Shown here: one piece after another, positions 35,101 through 47,200 of the stretch | Layout of the letters: the number at the start of each line of letters is the position of its first letter | Position numbering within the stretch: the stretch's first letter is position 1 | Assembly (NCBI GenBank): GCA_964658305.1 | Contig: OZ210886.1 | Span: 620,001-684,000, forward strand | Length of the DNA stretch: 64,000 nucleotides | Reading direction: 5' to 3' | Source: Leptogorgia sarmentosa | Lineage: Eukaryota | The notes under the pieces: generated by a model | The model's input: only the letters and a program-made list of their open reading frames with translations | Told to the model about the DNA's origin: nothing | The model's database searches: none | Position numbers and translations under genes: made by a program

Positions 35101-38100
35101 TTTGCTGTATATTGGTGTAGGCGCTGTAATGGCTGTTGATTGGTTACCAGATGGAAAGAGAGTTGTCACAGCGTCTTGGGATAACACGGCTAAACTTTGG
35201 GATGCTGAACAAAGTACAGTTATTCAAACACTCACAGGTAACAATAGTTTTGTTATTAACTTATCATGATAGCTTCATAAAATAGCTGCAACATATAATA
35301 ATTACTACTGCATATAGATAGTTGCTAGTATTTTTGTTTTAAAGTATTTTTAATATTTTCACTGTAGGTCATGATGACGAATTAACTCACACTTGTTCGC
35401 ATCGTAGTCAAGATCTTATTGTGACTGCATCTCATGACTCCACGTTTCGTTTATGGGATTTTAGAACACCTTCATTGCATTCCGTCAGCGTTTTTCAAGG
35501 TCACACAAGGTTTGTTCATATATTACTGTTTTTTATATATAAGGTGTAGGTCCATTATCTATTTTAAAATGAACGAAACATCAGTCATTGTCGATGATTT
35601 GGGAGAATTAGCTACGCGTGAAAGAAAATCATGCAGTTTGAATACTGCGATGGTGAAAATTGCTATTTTGTAAAAATGTCCAAAGTTGATCGAAGTTTAT
35701 TCTGGGATTGTCCGATAAAGGAGTTGTTTGAGGAACTATAAAATTGCCATCTGTTGGATAGCCCTATCCAATTTTCTTTCGAACAATTAGCCCCAGTACT
35801 CTGAGATGGTTGAGAGAACTTGAACCAAATGGTGGAAGATTTAATCTGCTTGAGAGTTCGTCAACCTTCTTCGAGGCTCGTAAAAATCTTAGCAAAAATT
35901 GGTAAGATATTATTCACGTTGTGTTATTTAGTGCTGTAACGTCAGCTGTATTCACAGATCAAGATGTAGTTGTGAGTGGAAGTGATGATCGCACAGTGAA
36001 GGTTGGCTCTTTTCTTTTTGTACTTCATGTAGCTTAAAATGCAACTCATGATCTTCAGAGGGGGGGAGGGGGGGGGGGGATAAAAGTTGGTGCATATAGA
36101 TAAACATGCATGGCATTTAGACAATAAACACATTAAACTAAATCATACACTTTAAAATAATTTATTTTAACCTATAGTGCTGCTATATACATAAATGATC
36201 TATTTTCACATGAGAGTAACATAGAGAGTTACATAATGTCGATATAATCGTCCTCATCTTGCCAGCTGGAACTTGGTGTTCTTCTAGGAACAGAATATGC
36301 GCTATGCGCTGGATACGAGCAGTACATATTAGGATAATAAGGTACAAAACTATTTGGAAATCTATAGTTGACAAGGTCTGGCGTTGTATTATATACTCTG
36401 GAAATATGATTGTTCATTAAGTTTGGTTCAGGAGCCAGGATCTCATCAATTGTGAAACCACGTCGTTGGATCACAGGAACAACCGGGGTGATCACGGAAA
36501 CTCCAGGACATTGTGGGATAGTTGATGGTACAGGAATTCTTTCGTCGTAAGGAATGTTTGTTCTTTCTATCAACAGTGGTAAAATTTCGTCGACCTTTTC
36601 TTCCCGCGTAAATCTTCTCTTTCTACGCCGATATTTTCCTTCATCAAACGTCATTTCACTCGAGGGATCCACTGTCCAATAGCGGCCTCTGTTTCCATCG
36701 TGGAGGTCTCGCGGGAGTTTCACGAAACAGTCATTTAGAGTGAGGTTGTGTCTGATTGCATTTCGCCATTGTAAAGGACAGGTTCGGTAATAAGGAAAGT
36801 TCTCATAGATGAACTTCAAGATCCCTGCCAAGGTCATCTTATGGTGTGGTGAACTTTTTATGGCCATGGTGATAAGAGCGACGTAGGAATAGGGTGGTTT
36901 TCCTGGTGGGGCTTTCGATCGCTTTCGTTTCTTGGAAACAGTCGCAGGACTGCTGTTGAATAACTGGAACAGTGGTTTCTCGGAACTGCATGGATGTTCA
37001 GGAATATTCTCGTTATCTTCGACTTTAACTTTTATCATTTCGTATTGAATCGACATGTTTCTTGGTAAATTTTGGTGGAGTTCTTGTTGCTTTGAAAACT
37101 TCGCACTGAATGACTTGTGCTGTGAAAACTAGCTGCTTTTATGCTCAAAGTAGTGCGTAGGAAACAAAGCATGTCAGTAGACAAAAGGTATTCAAACACA
37201 AAAGGTATTCATTTAAAAACAAAAGGGATAATCCAGCAAAATAAAAAACAATTCAATGGTAAATGCCCCCGCACGGCGTTGTTTTTCTGTTGTGCATTTC
37301 CAGATGTTGTGGGAGTGAGGGGGAGTTTTTTGAAAACAATAGTTGAATGGTAAAAAATGCTTGCGAAAAGACACATACTCATAGTTAAATGTTTAAAATA
37401 TCAGTATTTTATCAACTGAAAAAGCTTTGGTGGATAGTTTGTTAACGCAAACACAAAGGGCCAGCGACTCGAGAGTTTGTTTGTATTTTTCATTGTTCCT
37501 TAATTTGTTTGTTTGTTTGCCATATCGCATATATGTTAGATTTTCTTTGATTATATACAATTATAATTGCCAAAGCTGGTTTTTGATGTCTCTGTTTTGT
37601 ATCAATTAGATTGGGTCCTTCTGGATGCGATTAATATTTTTGTATCGATAAATGTTTTATAACCCTAACCCTAAGGTAAAACATAGGGTATAAGTTTAGG
37701 TTTCGCAAAGCACCTCCGGCCCTAATAGTATACACAAGAATCTAAAATTCTAGTTCAGAACAGTAGCGAGTTTCATGGGGTTTATTACCAATATCATCCC
37801 TGCACAGTCGTTGATGGTAACAAAATAGCGAAATAGTTTTTCGAATATATATGCGTCTTCAAACTTATCCCAAATTCCTGTCTCTTTTAACTATTCAGCC
37901 ACTAAATCAGATGTTATTGAATACAAGCAAGAATAGAATATCATTTAATTAGTAATTTTTCTTAGGTGTGGGATTTGAAAAACATGAGAGCACCGTTAAC
38001 CACAATACGTCTGGATTCCGCTGTTAACAGGTGAGTTTTCCAGTGAACCTGAGCATGTAACGTGAAATATCGTATGATGTCGGTTCCATTCACTAGGCTT

Positions 38101-39016
38101 AAAAAATCTTTTCAATAGCTACGTATTTTTTAACAAAGAACAACCGACTGGACTTACGTATTTCAGAACATGTTCGCCACGTGAATTCACAGCCAATACA
38201 GGGCAGTTTCTTAAGAGGCTTTAATGTATCATACCATATGTTCATCAGTGGGTTTTTTGCACTTTAGGTTATCAGTGTCATCAGATCAAAATATCATTGC
38301 CATTCCTCATGACAATCGACATGTTCATCTTCTTGATCTCTCAGGATTTCGACTAATGCATCTTCCTCGTAGGAGGAGATATGTAAGTTGTACTGGTTTT
38401 AATCAAAGCACTATTCGTTGTTCTTTATCCATGTTTTCATCTTACAATCCAACCCATGTTTCGCATTTGTTGAAAGAAACCAAACCGAGAGAAAACACAC
38501 TGTAGCGTGCAATTGATATTCCATTGTCGAAATAGTTTGTGAGAAATTCAGTTGAGTTGACAAATTGAGGATGCATTGTCTCGGCAAGTTATTCTATACC
38601 ACCAATCTATATCTTTCGCTGTATGCTGAAGCTGTCATATAAATGTGACCGTGTATTTGAAAACATAAATGTGCTTTCTCAATCTGGACCGGAGTAAAGT
38701 AATTATTCATATCAGTTTCTTGTGGTTTTACATTATAAACGACGTTTTGCTTGTTTTTGTTTTGTGAAAAACACAACGAAAATATCATTAATGCAAAGCG
38801 AGCGTTTCGAAAGCTTTGCAGTAATCATATGGTGTTCTCCACAAAACTCATTTACGGTATTTCTTTCAGAGCCACCAAAGAATGGTGAGTAGCGTAGCCT
38901 GGGGCGAGGAGGTGTCAGAAAAGGGATACAGTTTGTTTACTGCAGGATTTGACAGAAAAGTGTTAGGATGGCAGATTATGTTTACTAAGGAAAGTGTTGC
39001 ACATGGTAAACAATAG
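32154..39016 (+). CDS. WDR37: WD repeat-containing protein 37
   Basis: N-terminal coiled coil [123 protein letters not shown] and HQRMV...[13 protein letters not shown]. Stop at 39014-39016. Confidence 0.94.
35702..35796. repeat. Degenerate MITE-like repeat
   Basis: Weak terminal inverted match CTGGG..TTGTCCGA / TCGAACAA..CCCAG and an internal palindrome TTGGATAG-CC-CTATCCAA. Confidence 0.4.
36229..37056 (-). CDS. FoxE: FoxE-like forkhead transcription factor, copy 1: intronless, antisense inside WDR37 intron 36002-37965
   Basis: 275 aa. The forkhead domain has FoxE-like features: basic KKRKR before [16 protein letters not shown], and HNLTLNDCF (T rather than S). A C-terminal eh1 motif FTIDEIL is present. 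The subclass call is by motif recognition, not phylogeny. Confidence 0.88.
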   Translation of the reverse strand: MSIQYEMIKVKVEDNENIPEHPCSSEKPLFQLFNSSPATVSKKRKRSKAPPGKPPYSYVALITMAIKSSPHHKMTLAGILKFIYENFPYYRTCPLQWRNAIRHNLTLNDCFVKLPRDLHDGNRGRYWTVDPSSEMTFDEGKYRRRKRRFTREEKVDEILPLLIERTNIPYDERIPVPSTIPQCPGVSVITPVVPVIQRRGFTIDEILAPEPNLMNNHISRVYNTTPDLVNYRFPNSFVPYYPNMYCSYPAHSAYSVPRRTPSSSWQDEDDYIDIM

Positions 39017-39451
39017 AGTGAATTTTTGTTATGGACCTAATTAATTAATATTACTTAGCATAACATTTGAATATGAACAGTATTTCACGGTATAGCTACT
39101 GACTTGTATAGAGTAATAAACGATTGATATTAGTGATTCCATAAATTTTAGTGAATATTCTAGCCCACATTGTAGTGTGATTGAGATCCTCAACGCCCTT
39201 GATATATATAACCGGCCCCAGATATCGAAACAGTATACAAAGAATGGGTGCGAACTGCGAATAAAGTATAAATTCTTTTGAAATCACTTATTTTATATTG
39301 TCATTCAATCTTTATAGAATAAATACTGTACAGCATATATTTAAAATAAATTATGGTATTAAAGGTGTCTGCGTGTGTACTCTAAATAACAGTTTAACTT
39401 TTAACCCACTGAGCTTTATTTAGCTCGGTGTTCTAACCCAGGGCTGTCCCC

Positions 39452-39503
39452 AAACTTGTACCCAGGCTCTTTCCTCTTGAGGATCGAGCATGGGTACGAG
39501 GTT
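39452..39503. mobile_element. Short TIR element of the same family as 7100-7135
   Basis: CAAACTTGTACCCAGGCTC...GAGCATGGGTACGAGGTTG forms an inverted pair and ends in CGAGGTTG. Confidence 0.55.
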
Positions 39504-39751
39504 GGATTAGCTCGTTCTTATTGCCTTGTTTAGAGTTTAAAGGGACACTTCCATTGCCCACTGTGAACGTGTCAATATTTCTGAAAGATTCCCATCGTCT
39601 TCTGAGTCGGTTGCACCTGCCTGTACGCAGGCTAGTATAGTATTAGATCAGTTAGACTATCCTGTCTCGTTCACTGTATCGCTCGTATGGTTCAGCCCCT
39701 ATCCTTGACTGAAACGATGTATCACATATATATAGCAGCCCCACAACAGAA

Positions 39752-42700
39752 CTAGAAATTCAGTTCTTCCTTCTTCTCTGCGATATCTAAGACCTGTTGT
39801 TCATCACCATCCCACAGTTTTTTCCACCATGGCAATTTCAATTTCAATAGATCTTCTGTATGGTTCAACTGTGCCTTAGTCATAACTGGCGTTGATCGAG
39901 ATGTGTACATATCTACTATATCCAAATTGGCATCTTTTAACTGCGGTGACCCTAAAGGGAAGTTAATAACAAGAATTACATGTACTTATTTCCTTTACTT
40001 ATACAACTGACTCTGATTTTATTTTTTTGTCTAAATATTTGAACGGTTGGGTGTATGTTTCAAGACTAGAATCCTTACCAAGTAGTAACTCGGCATCTAC
40101 ATTGAGTTGAGCAAGCAATGCCTCTCTTCTTTGTTCACTTTTTCTTGCCTTGCCATACAACATTAAATGATTTCCCAAGAGTCTCTGTGTCTAGAAACGA
40201 AAGGAGTGGATCTTAGGTAGGATGGCAGGATTGGTGCGAGTAATACAACTGCGAAAGAAAGTTAAGAAAAAGAAAGTTAAGTTGCTCCATCTCATTCACC
40301 CACAGCACTGAATGTTTGGACCTCTCCACTCTTTAGTTCCGTTGGTGAAACATGTGAAATTCTTTATCGTTCGTATTATTTTACCTCGTAATGACGTTCC
40401 TTTACAGTTTCTAACGTCCACGACTTATGCTAAGAGAAACAATGCGAATATTATTAGTGCTCCAGAATCGTATCCGTTAAGAACTGACTTTTAGCTGTTA
40501 TATAATTCGCGAATACGTACAGCCATATTTTCACGGTAACGCAATATTTGCTCCTGAATTTCAGCCCGACGTGTATCATCAAGACCTGGAGGTCCTGATT
40601 GAAAATTAATTTTCTCAGCACTTTTCTTTCTTTTCGAATACTTTCTGAACTACAAGAATAAATGATATATTTGCATTGCTTTCCGGGAAGGTCTTAGTAG
40701 GGATATCCTGCACATATTCACTTTAATGGTTTTAGCTTCACGAAAAATTATACTTGAATGTACTCCATTAAAAACCCACGCTAAAATTCAAACCCAACTT
40801 TTCGCATCTTGTATACCTGTCTTTGGATAACAACTGCTGCATCTTGAAAGATTCTTTCATATCTCAACGTTCCTGCGTCTCTTCGTGCCCGCATTCCGCG
40901 AAATGCAGCTTGTATCTTCACAGCAGCAACTTCCTGCTTTTCCACGAAGTATTCCTGGACTTTGTTAGCAGGCAAATATTCTATAGTCTTGAGATTTTTA
41001 TTTAAACTTTGACGAAAATCTCTCTTTCTTGAAATGTCTTCTTGTAGGTCCTTTTCCCGTCTCCATCTTGTTTTTGTCCGTTCGTCATGTTTTTTCGCTC
41101 TGTAAATTCTGTAAAGTCTTTGAAATTTCACCATTCCAACTTTCATTTTCTTCAGCATTTCCCTTTCCTTATATCCCTTGTAATACGCCTGGATTACCGA
41201 GGCCGCCAGATCCTTTTTCTATAGAAAACGATGTTTAAACAGTTTAACAAGTATTTGAACTTGAAGCACTCAAGACGGTGAAGGAGGATAGAACAGCTGT
41301 GCATGGGAATGAATAAGCAAGACAAACCACAGCAATTTCAAAGATGCGTCTTCAATGAAGACAAACAGTACCAGTAGCTGCGCATGGGCGATATCTCCTG
41401 CTTCAAGCATTCCTGATAATTTCTTCATATCGTGGTCAAAACCTTTACCTTTCCACTTCCTCAAATAGGTCTTCAAACCTCTATGACAAATGTCAAAAAA
41501 ATTACTTTACAGTAACTTTACAGTGGTGTGGTTTCGCATAATACAACTGTCCAACAATAATTTTTGCCTCTGACTTACTCTGTCAAACAAGACGGGTAAT
41601 TTCACCGGACAATTGAAAGATGGTCAAACTATGTACCTGTATTTTCTTGAGGACAACAGCTCCACTAGCGTGGGTTCACGATCAATAAACATCAACAGCA
41701 GTTGACAAGCAGATCTACAGTATATCATAAAAGTATAATCAATGAGAAAAGGCTCTAAACGTTGTCCAAAAGAAGGATATGATTGCTTCAGACATGCATA
41801 TAGGTGTAATTCCTAGCATGTTGATGCACCAACTCCATCACCAATAATAGTGACAGGGAATACACATGTGTGATTACAATTTATAATTCTCCATTTTTAC
41901 CTTCCAACTGAAATATCTTCTGAGGCAGATATTTTGTAAATAAGTTCATCAAGTAAACTGTTCCGTTTTTCTTCACTCAACTTTCCCAGAACACTCCTAA
42001 AACACAATGTACTGCTTATATAATGTACTCTCAGGTAAACATAGGTCCTATTCACTGTACTGCATACATCTAACTGATCTAATTAATTCCTCTACATCAA
42101 GTGTTTCTTTACCTGTCTCTTCGCAATATACAATGTATAAGAACAAGAATCAATAAAGAAGTTTCCTCATCTTCAACCATTAACATCTGCATCAATCGTT
42201 TTGATTCTAAAACTATAAGTACCATGTGGTGAATTTTGGTAAATGCTACAGTGCTGTAGATGGATCTGTGGATTTTGTGAATCTTACCTTTGATGTTATG
42301 GATTGGAGCATAACTAAGCATCCATAAAATTGAATCAGTTACATCTTTGTAGTTTTTATAAAGTTCATGCCTTGTTCTTGCCTACAATGATCGAATTCAT
42401 AGATTTCTGTGAGTTACATACAGAAGGGATCATACTTCTATATTTCACAAATTTAATGTTAGAAGCTCAATTCTGCACCTACAGTACGCCTTAGAAGCAT
42501 AGGCAATATGAATAAATTTTGGTAAATACATAAATTTATATATGATATATTAGGCTACACTCACTCTAATATAATTACAGTACTAAATATCCTGTATTAG
42601 TATATAGTTAATATATTACTGTATCAATGCTGATAACAGCTTACCTCCGTAGCCAAGTATACCTCCTGTATCTTGAAGGATAAACTTAACATATTGTCCA

Positions 42701-43509
42701 AAGCATTTGGAAGAAATGTTTCATTGAACTCCAAGGATGCATCTAACCCAACTCCATCACAACACTGACATAGAATGGAACATAAACTGGCAGCTGTGCC
42801 CCACCCACCCTCGATTGGAGAGAAGTTCTGTAAGAGAGCTGAAAAGCAGCATGATAAATTCATTGAAGTTGTAATTTGACCTCTCTCAATATAGACACTG
42901 AATGGCTATGGGAAGGGCATATATTAGAAAGCAATACTACTGTACTTTCTGCATATCTGAACTTACCAAGTGAACAAACATGTAAAACATCATAATTCCA
43001 AATATCCTGTCGTAGTTTTGTACCAAGTCCCGTTCCAGAAGGATAATCACTTAAGATCTCTAAAGTTGAAAAACTGAATTTTAATTTTGTGAAGAATTAG
43101 GTAAAATTCGGAACCTAGAAATGGCAAGCAGCTGTTCTTGAAAAAATGCATTAGATTATTACTGTGTGACAATCACTTCAAATACAACCAATCAATTATT
43201 TAATTTAGGATATGCTCGGACACAGAATAACACGAACCTCTGCCCTAATATTAATTCAACACATCCTACTCAACCTTATTCAATGACTGCATAATAACTA
43301 ATGGTTAACGTTGAGTGATGAATAATTGTTTCCAATCAGTAAAGTAAGTTGACATATGAATGACATGGTACTATGAATTATGAATTTAAAACCAGTTTTG
43401 TAAAGTTACCTTGCAATTGTTTAAGTTGTGTGGGGACATTATAATCTTCAGTTTCAGCTACCTCTGCAGCTAAATTTAAGATTTTTTCACGAGCTTCCTC
43501 AACACTCAT
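39752..43509 (-). CDS. IQCB1: IQ calmodulin-binding motif-containing protein 1 (nephrocystin-5)
   Basis: Starts MSVEEAREKILNLAAEVAE, continues QNFSPIEGGWGTAASLCSILCQCC, LKTYLRKWKGKGF and IQ motifs (AAVKIQAAFRGMRAR; AAVVIQRQ), and ends LPWWKKLW...EELNF*. Confidence 0.9.
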
Positions 43510-44233
43510 TGCAGCAGCCACTGCCAGTGACTGGCAACAAGTCAACAACAACTTGTAGTTGTAGCCACTTCGTTAAATGTTCACTACAAAATTCCTGAGA
43601 TGAACAGCCTGAATTGCAAGTTTGCAATATTATTATAAAATAATTATTGCTTTATTACATATATATATAATTATGTACCTAAATAAATACCTTTATTTGT
43701 GGCCACAAATCCCACAATACAGTATATTAATCAGCCACAATACAGTATATTATTCACCACGTGACTACAGTAATAAAATACGATACACTGAAAGTAGTTT
43801 CCAACATATAAAATTCCTTAATTTTCCCCAAAGTAGGTGAAGTCTAACAATAGTTTTTATATTGGAAAAAACCGAAACGATGCAGAATTCCTGATTTTAA
43901 GGATATTTCATTGAGCTATCTGTAACTACTTCATGTTGTAACACAACATTCAAGGTTTTAAAAATATTATAACTATTGACTTATTGAATAAGAAGAATGC
44001 TGCACGCTAATAAATTGATAATCGGTCTGGAAAAGCTGTTTTGCGCGCTCATTTGCTTAAAAAAAAACAAGGAAAAACTATCTGCTGAAGTTACCCCTGC
44101 CAGGTGTTTATTTCCGCCGTCCGAGTGTTTGAAGAGCGATCACATGATGTATTTGTAGGCTTCTCATTGGTTAATTGTCGAAAAACGTGTACAATATTGC
44201 AAGCATGGTCCACATGTTTGAAAATTATTCAAA

Positions 44234-47200
44234 ATGGACGTGAACAAGGCGCTTAATAATAAAACTCAAGCATTTGGCATTCAATCTCTTTTATGTTTTG
44301 TCATTTTGTCGTTGGCGTGGTTGGTTGGGTTTGCAAGTCGTTTGTTTGCAATTATCCGTTTTGAAAGCATTATTCACGAATTTGATCCTTGGTGAGATGA
44401 AGTTTGAGTTAGGACTGTTTCGAATTTCGAGAGTATAATTATATAAAATGTCTTTTTATCTCCTGTGCTTACAATATTATAGCATATATAGGAATCGTTG
44501 TCCATATATATAGATATTTGTTGAATATGTTCTGTTATTATTAGATTGCTAAAATAATGAACAAATTTGTTGAGAAAGTTGTTTATTTTACAGTTCATTT
44601 GTGATGCTAAGTATGCAATTTAAATATAAACTTCCCTTTCCTCCATGACAAGTTCTTCCATTGTAACATCTTGAAATGAGTGGATAAGCCAAGTAGGATA
44701 GTCTCAAGAAATATCACCTATGGAGCTGTAATGAAAAATGCCTAATTGCCTAATGCTTTAGGGTAATGGCCTGGGCCAAATGAAAAAAAGTACAAATTGC
44801 AGGGAATAATCCTAGAATTTGCACACAATTTGTTCATCAATGTGATGAAATCAACAATTTGTGTGATTTTGAGGCATATCGAAAACACATTTTGTTGCAG
44901 ACACAGTTGTCACTGCTATTATGGCAATTTATTACTTTGGCAGCCAAAGTGTACACATGTCCTGCAATGGCAGCTGGTTAATTGTCTTGGGACAGCCATA
45001 TCCATGCAGCTAACTCGTATAATTTTAATGCACACTGCCATTTAAATGCTTTCAACACAAAATGTTGTTTTAAATATCAATTATTGCAAAAAACAAGTTG
45101 TTTTCATTGTTGTACCGACTTATGCAGGTTTCCGTGACAACAAAAATTCACACCCACACCAGATGTAGCTGGTCTGAGGCTACTTGGGTGATTTTTTCTC
45201 ACAATTTATCAAAATCATCAACAAACAGTGGCGGCTACACATGAGATGAATATTTCAATGACCAAAAAAATTAGTGCTGGCAAATGCTGAGCCTCAATTT
45301 CACTTTCGCACCTCATTGGTTAGATAATGGTTGATTATCTGATGTTGGTTATTTGATGACTTTTTCTGACTGTTGGATTGCATGTTTGTGGGTGGCTACA
45401 CAAAAGATTTTCAGGCAAATTTCACCTGTGTAGCCTTGGCTTAAAGTTAAAAAATTAAGGCATATCAGTGTGCTAATATTTCATCCACAGCATTCATGGT
45501 AATAAAAAGTGCTAGAGTAGGTTGATGTCTTGGCTCTATTTGATTTGTATTCTTTAGGTTCAACTACAGAGCTACCCATCACTTAGTTTCTCATGGATTT
45601 TATAATTTTCTCAACTGGTTTGATGAAAGGGCCTGGTATCCACTTGGCAGGATTGTTGGAGGCACTGTGAGTTGAATACATGAACAGAACTCTACAAAAC
45701 GTGACATGCCATAAGCATTATTCAATGTACTGTATTTATCAAATATTTATTTATTTCAGGTATTTCCTGGGTTGATGGTAACCTCTGCTGCCATACATAG
45801 ATTCCTCAATATCTTGAACATCACTGTACATATCAGAGATGTCTGTGTATTCTTGGCACCAATGTTCAGGTATATCAGTTTCTTTAACCACATTTGTTAA
45901 ATGCCAGTTAGCAGGACACATAGTTTGACAAGTAAAATTGCTGGCATTGAGTTAAATTAGGCTTTTGTAACCATTTACACACATGCAAAAACATACATGA
46001 AGTTATTCAAGTAAATGTTTAGTAGCTCATTCTGGCATGAAAGATCAGCCCCATTCTTAAAAGGAGAAAAGTTGAAGCATTTAAAAGAATTCATTCAAAT
46101 CTTATCTATTTCCACTGTATTACCATAGTGAGATTTCTTTTGTAGTTGCTGTTACTGGGATAACTCAATTTTATTTTATTTCAGTGGAATGACTGCAATA
46201 GCAACATATTTTCTAACAAAGGAGTTATGGAATTCTCGAGCTGGACTCTTTGCTGCATGTTTCATTGCCATTGGTACATTGTCTATTTCCAACCTCTGTT
46301 ATATAGTGTTTGTGTTTATCATATCTTTGCATTGCAGTGCTTGGGACATACAGTACTTAATATAACAATTTTCTATGGTTCCGGATTTTCCAAAATATTT
46401 TATCACTAATGAAATCAAGCTTTTAGTTCATAAAACTATTGTTTTATTTGCCAGGTGTCACAGCAGCATCTTATAATTATATCTAGTGTATATTCATTTA
46501 AATGACACGTACTTGACCTGTATAATAATCTCTTTTCAGCTCCTGGTTACATTTCTCGTTCTGTGGCAGGATCGTATGATAACGAAGGAATAGCAATATT
46601 TGCTTTACAATTCACTTACTTTTTGTGGGTAAGGATACTTGTCTTATTGTGAATATACCATATTCAATATTTTAAAAGTATTTTAAGTCAATGAATTAAG
46701 TAAAATCTCTCGTCATCAGAAAAATTTATCATTATTTTTTAAAGATAAAGTCTGTGAAGACAGGATCCATATTCTGGTCAGCATCAGCAGCTCTTGCATA
46801 TTTCTACATGGTAAACAATCAAATGTTCAATAACTGCATGCTTTTTTTAACAGCCTTGTGTATTCAATAAATGTTCTTTTCTTTAGGTCTCTGCTTGGGG
46901 CGGCTATGTTTTTATAATAAATCTTATTCCTCTACATGTGTTCTTCCTCCTTTTTATGGGACGCTTTTCAAACCGCATTTATGTAGGTAAGGACAAACCA
47001 TTCATTCATCTCACCAAATGGATATACAGTAATTCCACTGTGGTTGGCACTGGGCTTAATTGCATTATTGTAATAGTTCAAATACTGTATGCATCAGACA
47101 CATGTGAGAAAACTCTCAGTCTGACCACAGTTGTGTGATAGAAAACTGAACCTTTAGTTTAAGATTTAAGCTGAGTTCCTTTTTAGTTGTCATTAAACTA

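Noticed and set aside
36229..37056. Assignment as FoxQ2 because of the C-terminal eh1 motif
   Set aside because: The forkhead signature ([16 protein letters not shown], upstream RKR) fits FoxE better than FoxQ2.
36121..37370. FoxE copies as retrogenes
   Set aside because: Shared sequence extends more than 200 bp upstream of the TATA/Inr and past the poly(A) signal, with no poly(A) tail or TSD. FoxE genes are normally intronless anyway.
37660..37674. TAACCCTAACCCTAA, telomere-like or telomerase-template-like
   Set aside because: Only about two repeat units and no supporting RNA structure. Such short runs are common in repeats.
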